Part shown: positions 30,416 through 42,562 of the stretch, piece after piece | Position numbering within the stretch: the stretch's first letter is position 1 | Layout: every line of letters begins with the position of its first letter | Assembly: GCA_038087875.1 (NCBI GenBank) | Contig: CM075998.1 | Span: 3,102,001-3,166,000, forward strand | Direction of reading: 5' to 3' | DNA from: Malacoraja senta | Lineage: Eukaryota | Length of the DNA stretch: 64,000 bases | The notes under the pieces: model-generated | What the model saw: the letters and a program-made list of their open reading frames with translations, nothing else | Told to the model about the DNA's origin: nothing | The model's database searches: none | Made by a program: the position numbers and the translations under genes

Positions 30416-31139
30416 ACAGGCAGCATCTCTGGAGCGAAGGGATGGGGTGAGGTTCCGGCTCGCGACCCTTCTTCAGGCTGAGAGTCAGGGGAGGGGAGGG
30501 GAGACGCAGAGATAAGGAAGTGTGAGGTGTGAGAACGTGACATCAAAGGGGGTGGAGATCAAGGAAAATGCAGAATGGACACAAAATGGCGGGTTAACTC
30601 AGCGGGACGGGCAGCATCTCTGGAGAGAGGGAATGGGTGGCGTTTCTGGTCGAGACTCTTCTTCGAAGGTCTTTCTTCGGTTAAAACCAGCATCTGCAGT
30701 TCCTTCCTACACAAAATGTTGAATAGATCATTGTTAGCTACGAGAAGGTGAGAACAAACCAAACAGGGATAATATGTATCTATGGAGTGAAGGAAATAGG
30801 CAACGTTTCGTCCCGAAACGTTGCCTATTTCCTTCGCTCCATAGATGCTGCCTCGCCCGCTGAGTTTCTCCAGCATTTTTGTCTACCTTCGATTTTCCAG
30901 CATCTGCAGTTCCTTCTTAAACAGAGATAATATGTAACCAGGGGGTCAGTTAGACTGGTGGGAGAACTGGGAAGAGGGGTGGAGGGGATGGAGAGAGAGG
31001 GAAAGCAAGGGTTACTTGGGGTTAGAGAAGTCAATGTTCATACCGCTGGGGTGTAAGCTGCCCGAGTGAAATATGAGGCGCTGTTCCTCCAATTTATGCT
31101 GGGCCTCACTCTGACAATGGAGGAGGCCCAGGACGTCAA

Positions 31140-32060
31140 TTCAAGTCAGGTCAAGAGAGTTTATTGTCATGTGTCCCAGATAGGACAATGACATTCTTGC
31201 TGCCTCACAACAGGATATTGGAAGCAAAAATACAGAACAGTTCAGTTCAATACACACATAAATAAACAGATAAACAGATAAAGTGCAATAAGCTGTTACA
31301 GTTCAGAGTCTGTTTGTTGGTGAGTTTAATAGCCTGATGGCTGTGGGGAAGTGGCTATTCCTGAACCTGGATGTTGCAGATTTCAGGCTCCTGTACCTTC
31401 TACCTGATGGCAGCGGGGAGATGAGTCTGTGGCCAGGATGGTGTGGGTCCTTGATGATGCTGCCAGCCCTTTTGAGGCAGCGACTGCGATAGATCCCCTC
31501 GATGGAAGGGAGGTCAGAGCCGATGATGGACTGGGCAGTGTTTACAACTTTTTGCAGTCTTTTCCGTTCCTGGGCGCTCAAGTTGCCGAACCAAGCCACG
31601 ATGCAACCGGTCAGCATGCTCTCTACTGTGCACCTGTAGAAGTTCGAGAGAGTCCTCCTTGACAAACCGACTCTCCGTAATCTTCTCAGGAAGTAGAGGA
31701 GCTGATGTGCTTTCTTTATGATTGCATCAGTGTTCTGGGACCAGGAAAGATCTTCGGAAATATGCACGCCCAGGAATTTGAAGTTCTTGACCCTTTCCAC
31801 CATCGACCCGTTGATATAAACGGGACTGTGGGTCCCCATGCTACCCCTTCCGAAGTCCACAATCAGTTCCTTGGTTTTGCTGGTGTTGAGAGCCAGGTTA
31901 TTGTGCTGGCACCATTTGGTCAGTCGGTCGATCTCAGTTCTATACTCTGACTCGTCCCCATCAGTGATACGTCCCACAACAGTGGTGTCGTCAGGGAACT
32001 TGATGATGGAGTTCGCACTCTGACCGGCTACGCAGTCATGAGTATAGAGTGAGTACAGAG
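31140..32060 (-). mobile_element. Rex/Babar-like LINE 3' fragment
   Basis: ORF 31303-31977 is the same family as 20027-20731. Confidence 0.88.
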
Positions 32061-32094
32061 TGAGGTCAGTGTGGGAATGGGATGGGGAGTTAAA

Positions 32095-32500
32095 GTCTTT
32101 GGCAACTGGGAGATGCAGGGCTGATTCAGGCTGATGGCACCTCCCTGTAACATCCCAGATGTGAGGGTGATGATTGGAATCTTGCTGCCCTCAGGACAGC
32201 TATGTTGGAGAGGGTCACTCGCACCTCCTCCAACCTCGAATGCTGTATCCGTTGTCCAAGGTGTGGACTCTCTACATCGGCGAGACCAGGCGATCGTTTC
32301 GTTGAACACCTCCGCTCAGTCCGCCTTCGCCTCCGCGATCTCCTGGTTGCCAAACACTCCCCTGAGAAGTCTGAAGAAGGGTCTCGACCTGAAACATCGC
32401 CCCGTTCCTTCTCTCCAGAGATGCTGCCCGTCCCGCTGAGTTACTCCAGCACTTTGTGTCTGTCTTCGGTTTAAACCAGCATCTGCAGTTCCTTCCTGCA
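32095..32500 (+). mobile_element. degenerate Penelope-like fragment
   Basis: tgctgtatccgttgtccaaggtgtggactctctacatcggcgagacc (CIRCPRCGL..YIGET), followed by the same 3' repeat. Confidence 0.6.
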
Positions 32501-32813
32501 CACCTTCAGACTGTGCCTGGCCTGTGTTGTTGGTTGAGTTAGACAATAGGCAATAGGTGCAGGAGTAGGCCATTTGGCCCTTCGAGCCAGCACCGCCATT
32601 CAATAGACAATAGGCAATAGGTGCAGGAGTAGGCCATTTGGCCCCGAGCCAGCACCGCCATTCAATAGACAATAGACAATAGGTGCAGGAGTAGGCCATT
32701 CGGCCCTTCGAGCCAGCACCGCCATTCAATGTGATCATGGCTGATCATCCCCAATCAGTACCCCATTCCTGCCTTCTCCCCATATCCACTGACTCCGCTA
32801 TTTTTAAGAGTTA

Positions 32814-33039
32814 AGGGCTGTCCCACTTCCACGACCTAATTCACCACCTTTTTTACTCGTGGACATTTTTCATCATGTTGAAAAAACGCCCCGACCTACT
32901 TGATGCCACGAGTACCTACGACTAGCATCACGACCTACCTACGACCTACCTACGACCTCGTGACGACCATGCTGCGAGTATGAGTCAGGGCAAACTCGGC
33001 AGAGGTCGTGAATTAGGTCGTGAGAGTGGGACAGGCCCT
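32814..33039. mobile_element. PIF/Harbinger-type MITE
   Basis: TIRs AGGGCTGTCCCACT / AGTGGGACAGGCCCT with a TTA TSD on both sides; internal ACGACCT repeats. Confidence 0.75.
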
Positions 33040-34135
33040 TTACATGCCAGCTTATCCGAGCAGTGACAGCGGGCAGGAATTCTAACTCGAGTGTGCCAGT
33101 CGCTTTGCCCGTGGGCCTGCGCTGAGGGGTTGCAGCCAGAGCTGTCGATGAGTCCGCAGGCTGATGTCTAATTGCGGAGGGGAGAGGGCCAGCTGGCAGT
33201 GACTTCAAGGGCCGGCCGCCTCTGAGATGCAGCCAGCGATGGTGGAGGCCTGGCAACAGCCACACGGGCTGATTCCACTCGCAGCCCACTGCGTGTAAAC
33301 ATCCCATCGCGGAGGGCACTTGAGCAGGGCCGGAAGAATCAGGGACCGGAGACAGGATTTCCTGCCAGTCTCTGGGTGCTTATCTACCGACTGCAGAGTC
33401 CCCGGCTGCCCCCCCCCCCCCCCCCCCGATCACCGTGGCAGCACCACAACTGTACCGGGGACAGGAATCAACCAGGACACAATAGACAATAGGTGCAGGA
33501 GTAGGCCATTCGGCCCTTCGAGCCAGCCCCGCCATTCAATGTGATCATGGCTGATCATCCCCAATCAGTACCCCGTTCCTGCCCTCTCCCCATATCCCCT
33601 GACTCCGCTATTTTTAAGAGCCCTATCTAGCTCTCTCTTGAAAGCATCCAGAGAACCTGCCTCCACCGCCCTCTGAGGCAGAGAATTCCACAGACTCACC
33701 ACTCTCTGTGAGAAAAAGTGTTTCCTCGTCTCCGTTCTAAATTGCTTTCTCCTTATTCTTAAACTGTGCGTGTGTGGCCCCTGGTTCTGGACTCCCCCCA
33801 AGACACACGCGGCATCAAACGTCGATTCACCGGAGGGACACCGAGCGTGGGCGTACCTCACAGTCCGCGCCGACCTCGATACCCGCACACTAACACGATC
33901 CTACACACACTGGGGACAATTTATATTTGTAACCAAAGCCAATTAACCTACAGCCTGCACATCTTTGGTGTGCGGGAGGAAACCGGAGCACCCGGAGAAA
34001 AACCCACGCAGGTCACGGGGAGAACGTGCGAACTCCGCACAGACAGCAGCCGTAGTCAGGATCGAACCCGGGTCTCCGGACAAGGTCCGTGGAACATGTC
34101 TTTCTCCACAGCAGAAACAGAGGAGAAATACTCAA

Positions 34136-34452
34136 GGCCCTGTCCCACTGTACGAGGTAATTCAAAAGCTCTCCCGAGTTCAAAAAAAAAATCAAACTCG
34201 TGGTAAGCACGTAGAATGTACGTCGCGGTTACGTCGGAGCTCTGGACGTCTCTTAGAGGCTCGTAACACTAACGGCAGGTACTTGGGAAACGCGGTAAGC
34301 TCGTGAAGACTTGTGACGATTTTTCAACATGTTGAAAAACGTCCACGAGAGCCCCGAGTACCGACGAGCGGCCATTACCGTAAATCTCCGAGTTCGAATC
34401 GGGGGAAACTCGGGGAGAACTCTTGAATTAGCTCGTACAGTGGGACAGGGCC
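34136..34452. mobile_element. Harbinger-type MITE
   Basis: TIRs GGCCCTGTCCCACTGTACGAG / CTCGTACAGTGGGACAGGGCC. Confidence 0.75.
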
Positions 34453-35345
34453 CAGAATTGAAGACTTTGCCCATCTCCGCGGTTCCACACAGGGTTGACC
34501 GCTTTGGTTTCTGAGGGGTCCCTACTCTCTCTCGCTCTCTCTCTGGTCACCCACTTTCCAGATACGATCGTGGTGTTTAAGAGGCGTTTAGATGGGCACA
34601 TGGATACGCAGGGAACAGCAGGATAGGCGGAGGAGGTTAGTTTAACTTTGCTTCATGTTCGGCATGGACATGTCTGAATGCGCACGCTTCCTGGCTGGCA
34701 GTGAGTGTTTCTGCACCTAATCACCACCAGGACTATATAAGGCAAATTGGCTGTGCGTTTTGGCTTCCGTCCACGACTTCAGTTTCCTTCCTTCTCAGCC
34801 TTCTCAGGTATTTCCCTCGTTCCTTCCCCTTGTCCTCGTCTGATTGTTCCATCTTGCGTTGCCCTCGTCTCCGTTACCCTTCCCCCCACCCCCCACCCCG
34901 CTGTTGCTCCTTCCCATTCCTCCGTGGGGTCGCCATGGCTACCAGTCTGGCTCTCGCCTTCCCTCCTCTCCAGCGTCCCCCTTTTCCCGGGAACGTCCTT
35001 CCCTCCAGCCTGGGTTGAGCAGTGGGGAGCGGGAAGTGGCGGGGTGGGTGGGAACTGTGAATCTGTGGAATTCTCTGCCACAGAAGGCAGCGGAGGCCGA
35101 TTCACTGGATGTTTTCAAGAGAGAGTTAGATTTAGCTCTTTGGGCTAACAGAATCAAGGGATATGGGGAGAAGGCAGGAACGGGGTACTGATTGTGGATG
35201 ATCAGCCATGATCATATAGAATGGCGGTGCTGGCTTGAAGGGCTGAATGGCCTACTCCTGCACCAATTTTCTATGTTTCTATGTTAACTTGCCCACACCG
35301 ACCAACATGCCTCATCTACACCTGCCTGCGTTTGGTCCATATCCC

Positions 35346-35733
35346 AAACATCACCTATCCATGTTCTCCACAGATGCTGCCTGACCCGCTGAGTTACTCC
35401 AGCACTCTGTGAAACGTCACCTATCCATGTTCTCCACAGATGCTGCCTGACCCGCTGAGTTACTCCAGCACTCTGTGAAACGTCACCTATCCATGTTCTC
35501 CACAGATGCTGCCTGACCCGCTGAGTTACTCCAGCACTCTGTGAAACGTCACCTATCCCATGTTCTCCACAGATGCTGCCTGACCCGCTGAGTTACTCCA
35601 GCACTCTGTGAAACGTCACCTATCCATGTTCCCCACAGATGCTGCCTGACCCGCTGAGTTACTCCAGCACTCTGTGAAACGTCACCTATCCATGTTCCCC
35701 ACAGATGCTGCCTGACCCGCTGAGTTACTCCAG
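35346..35733 (+). repeat. tandem array, 66-bp unit, ~6 copies, derived from the Penelope 3' repeat
   Basis: Unit GAAACGTCACCTATCCATGTTCTCCACAGATGCTGCCTGACCCGCTGAGTTACTCCAGCACTCTGT. Confidence 0.92.
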
Positions 35734-37214
35734 TGCTCAGGGTCCTTTTTTGCAAAACCTAACACTAGTCTGAATTAAATTCCATCTGCCGTTCCCTGCT
35801 CCACTTCATCCGGATCCAAATATTTATTGTAAACTGGGCATTAAGTGTCAGGTGCGGCACGGCTGCGCAGCGGGTAGAGCTGCTGCCTCACAGCGCCGGA
35901 GACCCGGGTTCCATCCTGACTACGGGTGCTGTCTGTACGGAGTTTGCACGTTCTCCCCGTGACCTGCGTGGGTTTTCTCCGGGTGCTCCGGTTTCCTCCC
36001 ACGCTCCAAAGACGTGCAGGTTTGTAGGTTAATTGGCTTTGGTAAAATTCCCAGCTGCCATCAGGCAACTGAACCATCCTACCACAACCAGAGAGCAGTG
36101 CTGAACTACTATCTACCTCATTGGTGACCCTCGGACTATCCTTGATCGGACTCTGCTGGCTATACCATGCACTAAACGTTATTCCCTTATTATCATGTAT
36201 CTGTACACTGTGAATGGCTCGATTGTAATCGCAAATTGTCTTTCCGCTGACTTGAGAGCACGCAACAAAAGCTTTTCACTGACTTTAGACTTTAACGGAA
36301 ACAGGCCCTTCGGCCCACCTTGCCCGCGCCGACCAGCGATCCCCATACACTAGCACTATCCTGCACACACGAGGGACAGTTTGGCAATTAGTTTCGTTTC
36401 GTTTATCGTCGCGGATAGTGCTAGTGTATGGGGGATCGCTGGTCGGCACGGACAAGGCGGGCCGAAGGGCCTGTTCCCGCTAACGTCTCAAGTCAGCCGT
36501 TGCTGACAAAATCAAAATGAATTCCCAGTCTGTGGTCGTCCCTGAATGGAGGCTTGAAATGCTGGCAATGGGGACAGACGCCTTTTGCCTTGTAGGGTTA
36601 GGAGCTCGGAGCTCGGATGATAGATGGATACCTTCCCCTGAGACTAATTACACTTCATATATCTGTTGCACATCTTAGCTCCTTCAGTGGCACTTTATAA
36701 CAAGAATGAACCAATGAGTCAGATTAATAGCGCTCGGGTAGGCAGCTTTCAAAATGAGGAGAAAGTCTTCTTTGATTAAGATTGTCTCCGCTATGTAAAC
36801 AGAAGGGTTGATCTTGATGAAGAGCCCTGTTTAAGAGCCTGTGATGCATATTAAAGGCACTGGTGCCATTGGGCTGGTTAATGCTGAACTAAATTGGAAG
36901 CATCAGTTTTATTTTCATGGCCTTCCCCGAATGTAAACAGGTTGTAAATCAGTAAACCAACAGAGACATGGAGCATCATCCTGGTCTGAATGGGAACCAG
37001 GGCAACACACTCACACATTCCCTGGCATCCAGCCCTGACTGCTTGCTCCTGTCCCTCCCCCCCCCCCCCCCCACCCTGTGCCAAGGGAGGTGACCGCAAT
37101 GTCAGTCTAGTTCACAGTTAGACAGACACAAAACGCTGGCGTAACTCAGCGGGACAGGGGAGGAGGAATGGGGGAGGTTTTGGGTCGAGACCCTTCTTCA
37201 GACTCTAGAGTTTG

Positions 37215-37775
37215 GACAATAGACAATAGACAATAGGTGCAGGAGTAGGCCATTTGGCCCTTTGAGCCAGCACCGCCATTCAATGTGATCATGGCTGATC
37301 ATCCCCAATCAGTACCCAGTTCCTGCCTTCTCCCCATATCCCCTGACTCCGCTATTTTTAGAAACATAGAAACATAGAAAATAGGTGCAGGAGTAGGCCA
37401 TTCGGCCCTTCGAGCCTGCACCGCCATTCACTATGATCATGGCTGATCATCCAACTCAGTATCCTGTACCTGCCTTCTCTCCATACCCCCTGATCCCTTT
37501 AGCCACAAGGGCCACATTTAACTCCCTCTTAAATATAGCCAATGAACTGGCCTCAACTACTTTCTGTGGCAGAGAATTCCACACTCTCTGTGAGAAAAAA
37601 AATGTTCTTACAAAAATTTTAAGATCGCTATCTAGCTCTCTCTTGAAAGTATCCAGAGAACCTGCCTCCACCGCCCTCTGAGGCAGAGAATTCCACAGAC
37701 TCACAACTCTCTGTGAGAATTCCACAGACTCACCACTCTCTGTGAGAATTCCACAGACTCACCACTCTCTGTGAC
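37215..37775 (-). mobile_element. nested CR1 3' fragments
   Basis: Two CR1 tails and three tandem gaattccacagactcaccactctctgtga units. Confidence 0.75.
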
Positions 37776-38859
37776 ATTCTACCCACGGCGGCAGCTCGTT
37801 CCGCGCGCCCACCCACGCACCCATAGTCGGGATCTCTGGCGCTGCAAGCGCTGTAAGGCAGCAACTCGCATTGCGCCACGGGGCCTTGCGATAAGGCTTT
37901 GTGCTGAAGCTCGGAGCGCGGGAGGATGAGGGGGTGACCTTTTAGAGGTGTATAAAATCATGAGAGGAATAGATCGGGTAGAAGCATGTCCTCTGGTCCT
38001 CGATTCCCCTACTCTGGTGGGTGTACGGAACAAAAAAGCTGCCAGAGGAGGTAGTTGAGGCTGGGACTATCCCAACGTTTAAGAAACAGTTAGACAGGTG
38101 CATGGTAGGGCAGGTTTAGAGGGATATGGGCCAAACGCAGGCAGGTGGGACTAGTGTTGCTGGGACATGTTGGGCCGGTGTGGGCAAGTTGGGCCAAAGG
38201 GCCTGTTTCCATGCTGTATCACTCTATGACTCGGACTCCCCCATTAGTCCCTGTCTCTGTGCCAAACCAACGGTTGCAGCCCAGCATGCCCAAGTTTAGT
38301 TGGAGTTAAAAGTGTTTCATTGTCAATAGATAGACACAAAATGCTGGAGTAACTCAGCGGGACAGGCAGCATCTCTGGAGAGAAGGAATGGACTCGAAAC
38401 GTCACCCATTCCTTCTCTCCAGAGATGCTGCCTGTCCCGCTGAGTTACTCCAGCACTTTGTGTCTACGATTTAAACCAGCACCTGCAGTTCCTTCCTGCA
38501 CAGTGTGTAATTGTCATTTGTCCCAGTCCACCCATCCCAAGTATTAAGTCTGGTAAACTGTCTCTGAACTGTGACCAGCTTCGGTCTGCAATGTAAACAA
38601 AGTGAGATCTGAGTGTGTGGATCGGAAAAAGCAATGAAATAAATGAGCAAAGCTGACCATTAAAGAACTCGCACACAGCTCGCAACAACAAAACCAGTAG
38701 GAAAAGTGCTTCAGCTGGAGTTAAAAGTTTAGTTTAGTTTTAGTTAAGAGATACAGCGCGGAAACAGGCCCTCCGAGTCCGCGCCTACCAGCGATCCCCA
38801 CACACTTACGCCATTCTGCGCACACTAGAGGCAATTAACCTACAAATCCCCACGCCGTT

Positions 38860-39001
38860 CTTCTTCCTCTTCTGGCGTATGGCGTGCACAGCCTAAAGTT
38901 GGAGGCCATCTTGTTCTGTTTGATCTTCTGCTTGTCCACGCCAGGTTGATTGCATTCGTCGAAACAGGGCGGACCACGTGAAGGTTGCAATTCCCCCCCC
39001 G
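38860..39001 (-). mobile_element. ~140-bp SINE-like retroposon with a 5' HDV-like ribozyme, copy 1
   Basis: TSD CCACGCCGTT at 38850-38859 and 39002-39011; (AAG)n tail; inserted inside an HE1 SINE. Confidence 0.8.
38948..39000 (-). ncRNA. minimal HDV/CPEB3-like ribozyme, catalytic C intact
   Basis: GGGGGGG GA AUUGCA ACC UUCACGU GGU CCGCCCU GU UUCGA CGAA UGCAAU folds as a P1/P2/P3/P1.1 nested double pseudoknot; one G-G mismatch in P1. Confidence 0.75.
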
Positions 39002-39212
39002 CCACGCCGTTGGAGAGTGGGAGGAAACCGGAGCACCCGGAGAAAACCCACACAGGTCACGGGGAGAAGGTACAAACTCCGTACAGGATCGAGTTATAGA
39101 GTGGCACAATGTGGCAATGTCTTTGATCGGACTTTGCTGGCTTCACCTTGCACGAAACGTTATTCCCTTATCACGTGTCTGTACACTGTAAGTGGCTCGA
39201 TTGTAATCATGC

Positions 39213-39848
39213 AGGTAGACAAAAGTGCTGGAGAAACTCAGCGGGTGAGGCAGCACCTATGGAGCGAAGGAAATAGGCAACGTTTCGGGTCGAGACCCTT
39301 CTTCAGACTGATGTGGGGTGGGGAAGAAGAAAGGAAGAGGAGGAGCCAGAGGGAGAGCTGGGAAGGGGAGGAGAAAGCAGGGACTACCTGAAATTAGAGA
39401 AGTCAAAGTTCATACTGCTGGGGTACAAACTGCCCATTAAAGTGCTTCAGCTGGAGTATATGAGGTGCTGCTCCTCCAATTTCCGGTGGACCTCACTCTG
39501 GCCATGGAGGAGGCCCAGGACAGAGAGGTCAGATACGGAATGGGAGGGGGAGTTGAAGTTGAAGTGCTGAGCCACCGGGAGGTCAGGTTGGTTATTGCGG
39601 ACCTACGCTTGGTCTCACCGACGTAGAGCAGCTGACATCTAGAGCAGCGGATGCAATAGATGAGGTTGGAGGAGATGCAGGTGAACCTCTGCCGCACCTG
39701 GAACGACTGCTTGGGTCCTTGAATGGAGTCAGGGGGGGTGGTAAAGCGACAAGTGTAGCATCTCTTGCGGTTGCAAGGAAAAGTGCCCGGGGAGGGGGTG
39801 GTGCGGGTGGGAAGGGAAGAATTGACCAGGGAGTTACGGAGGGAGCGG
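39213..39848 (-). mobile_element. Penelope-like element fragment (GIY-YIG endonuclease and 3' repeat)
   Basis: PGTFPCNRKRCYTC...FTCISSNLIYCIRCSRCQLLYVGETKR, followed on the same strand by the CTGAAGAAGGGTCTCGACCCGAAACG repeat. Confidence 0.85.
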
Positions 39849-41159
39849 TTGTAATCGATTGTAATCATGTATTGCCTGGTTAGCACGCAACAAAAGCTTT
39901 TCCCTGTACCTCGGTACACGTGACAATTAACTCGACTGGACGGAACTGCATGGCTGGTCGCTGGGCCTCTTCCTTCCTGTGTTCTTGTTGCTACCTGCAG
40001 TAAATGTATCAGCAGCATTCTCCCGAATTCTGCAGCGATGATTGTGGCCGCAGGAAGTCGCCTGGCTGTGAGTCACGGCAGACTTCGACAGATATTGTGC
40101 ACTTAAAAGGGATGAGATGCTCGTTACGACTCTGTGGGTATGTTCTCTTGTAAGTGGAATGTCGACTCCAGAAAGTAATGATTTCCATGTGGCCCCCCCT
40201 CACTGTAAACCTGCCAACCTTAAACAAGCATCCGTCCACGCAATTCCCTCGTGGGCGTTCTTATCAGTTACAGTTTAGTTACCGTTGCTGTTTAGTTTAT
40301 TGTCACGTGTACCGAGGTACAGTGAAGAGCTTTTGTTGCGTGCTAACCAGTCAGCGGGAAAGACAATACATGATTACAATCCAGCCGTCCACAGTGTACA
40401 GATACATGATCAAGGGAATAACGTTTAGTGCAAGGTAAAGCCAGCAAAGTCCGATCAAAGATAGTCCGAGGTGGACATAAATGCTGGAGAAACTCAGCGG
40501 GTAAGGCAGCGTCTATGGAGGGAAGGAAATAGGTGACGTTTCAGGTCGAGACCCCCTGAAACGTCACCTATTCCTTCCCTCCATAGATGCTGCCTCACCC
40601 GCCGAGTTTCTCCAGCATTTTTGTCCACCTTCGATTTTTCCAGCATCTGCAGTTCTTTCTTAAAGGTAGTCCGAGGGTCACCAATGAGGTAGATAGTAGT
40701 TCGGGGCTGCTCTTTGTGTAGGAAGGAACTGCAGATGCTGGTTTGAATCAAAGATAGACACAAAAAGCTGGAGTAACTCAGCGGGACGGGCAGCATCTCT
40801 GGAGAGAAGGAATGGGCGATGTTTCGGGTCGAGACCCTATCTTCGGACTAACTGCTAACTAAAAACGAACTGAATCATCCTCCCACGGCAAGACCTCATG
40901 TTATGCTTCACTTTAAAGAGCGGATTCTTCATCTCTCAGAAGCTCGTATGCTCTGGTTACCATATACAGAGTTGGAGTTGAAAGCAGAAGTTGTGACCAC
41001 AGATGAAAGCATGCCTGGATCCGGTGCCAACACAAACCCGTCGAGTGCCAGCTTTGTTCATACACTGACAGGGCTGTGGGAGAGCGTTGTACGCTGCTTG
41101 CTGTTTGAATGTGGGCCACTAGGTCTTCATCTGACAACTTGCTGTCAAGGAGCCCGTTT

Positions 41160-41403
41160 GCGAACTGTCTCGGGACTGGGTGAGGGATGGTCAAGATTAT
41201 AAATAATTCGTCGAAACATGGTCTCCCTTTTTTTGACTATTTAAAGGGTCAGAATGGTTCAGCACAGGAACCTGACTAACACCCGTGCCAAGGAATAGAT
41301 GAAAGGTTATACTCTGAAATGTACGAATAGATCTCGAATGAAGTTTTTATCGTAGTAAATTATTCCATTCTTCTTTATTATCTTTTTTAAAAAAATTTTA
41401 TTT

Positions 41404-41442
<39 letters not shown>

Positions 41443-41948
41443 TTTTTTTTTTATTTTGTTGTTGTTGTTTCTTCTCTTTTTTCTCTTTCTTTATTTCATC
41501 TATATCTTTTTAGTTCTATTTAGTTAAAAAAAAAAAAAGTATTGGAGACATTGTAATAATAATGAACGATATTAGTAATTTAAAAATATAAGACTGGTAT
41601 CGATTTTAATATGATATGTATCTACCTCCAATAAAAAATAAAAAAATTAAAAAAAAAGATTATAAATAATGATCTCCTTACTTATTTTTATTTATTTTTT
41701 CTCTCTTGTCCCCATTTTCTTTTCTTTAACTTTCTTCTTTCATTCTTTTTTCTTCTTCTTCACCCACTATATATCTCACGTTTTTCTATCCTGTATTATC
41801 TAATTTATTTTTCTTATTCTTCTTTATTATAATAAAAAAAATAGGAAGCTGTACATAAAATGTATTATGAAAATATATATTAAGCACTTTGGTGCCATAC
41901 GATTGTACTTACTTCGAATAAAATAAAAATATGAAAAGGAAAAAAAAT
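41160..41948 (+). mobile_element. 5'-truncated polyA retroposon (L1-like 3' UTR) containing a nested insertion
   Basis: TSD AAGGAGCCCGTTT at 41147-41159 and 41949-41961; AATAAA and A-rich tail. Confidence 0.8.
41208..41655 (+). mobile_element. nested 5'-truncated L1-clade 3' end
   Basis: TSD AAGATTATAAATAAT at 41193-41207 and 41656-41670; begins VETWSPFF (ORF2 C-terminus-like); T-rich UTR; AATAAA and polyA. Confidence 0.8.
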
Positions 41949-42154
41949 AAGGAGCCCGTTTAAACGAGGAGTAGGCCAGAGTCCCAGCCATCCAACGGGC
42001 CACAGGCCATGCAGCCCGCCACCTCCGGGCACCCATCCATACTGACCCCACCTCCCAGCACTGGGCACATAGCCGTCTCTGTACGGGAGGCTCGTGTTCA
42101 TGTCCTAGGAGCAGAATTAGGCCATTCGGCCCATCAGGCCTACTCAAATCAATA

Positions 42155-42562
42155 GTTTAGAAGGATGAGAGGGCATCTCATTGAAACATATAAGATTGTT
42201 AAGGGCTTGGACACGCTAGAGGCAGGAAACATGTTCCTGATGTTGGGGGGAGTCCAGAACCAGGGGCCACACACAGTTGAAGAATAAGGAGTAAGCCATT
42301 TAGAACGGAGACGAGGAAACACTTTTTCTCACAGAGAGTGGTGAGTCTGTGGAATTCTCTGCCTCACGAGGGCGGTGGAGGCAGGTTCTCTGGATGCTTT
42401 CAAGAGAGAGCTAGATAGGGCTCTTAAAAATAGCGGAGTCAGGTGATATGGGGAGAAGGCAGGAACGGGGTACTGATTGGGGATGATCAGCCATGATCAC
42501 ATTGAATGGCGGTGCTGGCTCGAAGGGCCGAATGGCCTACTCCTGCACCTATTGTCTATTGT
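42155..42562 (+). mobile_element. CR1 LINE 3' fragment
   Basis: Near-identical to 635-1028. Confidence 0.85.
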
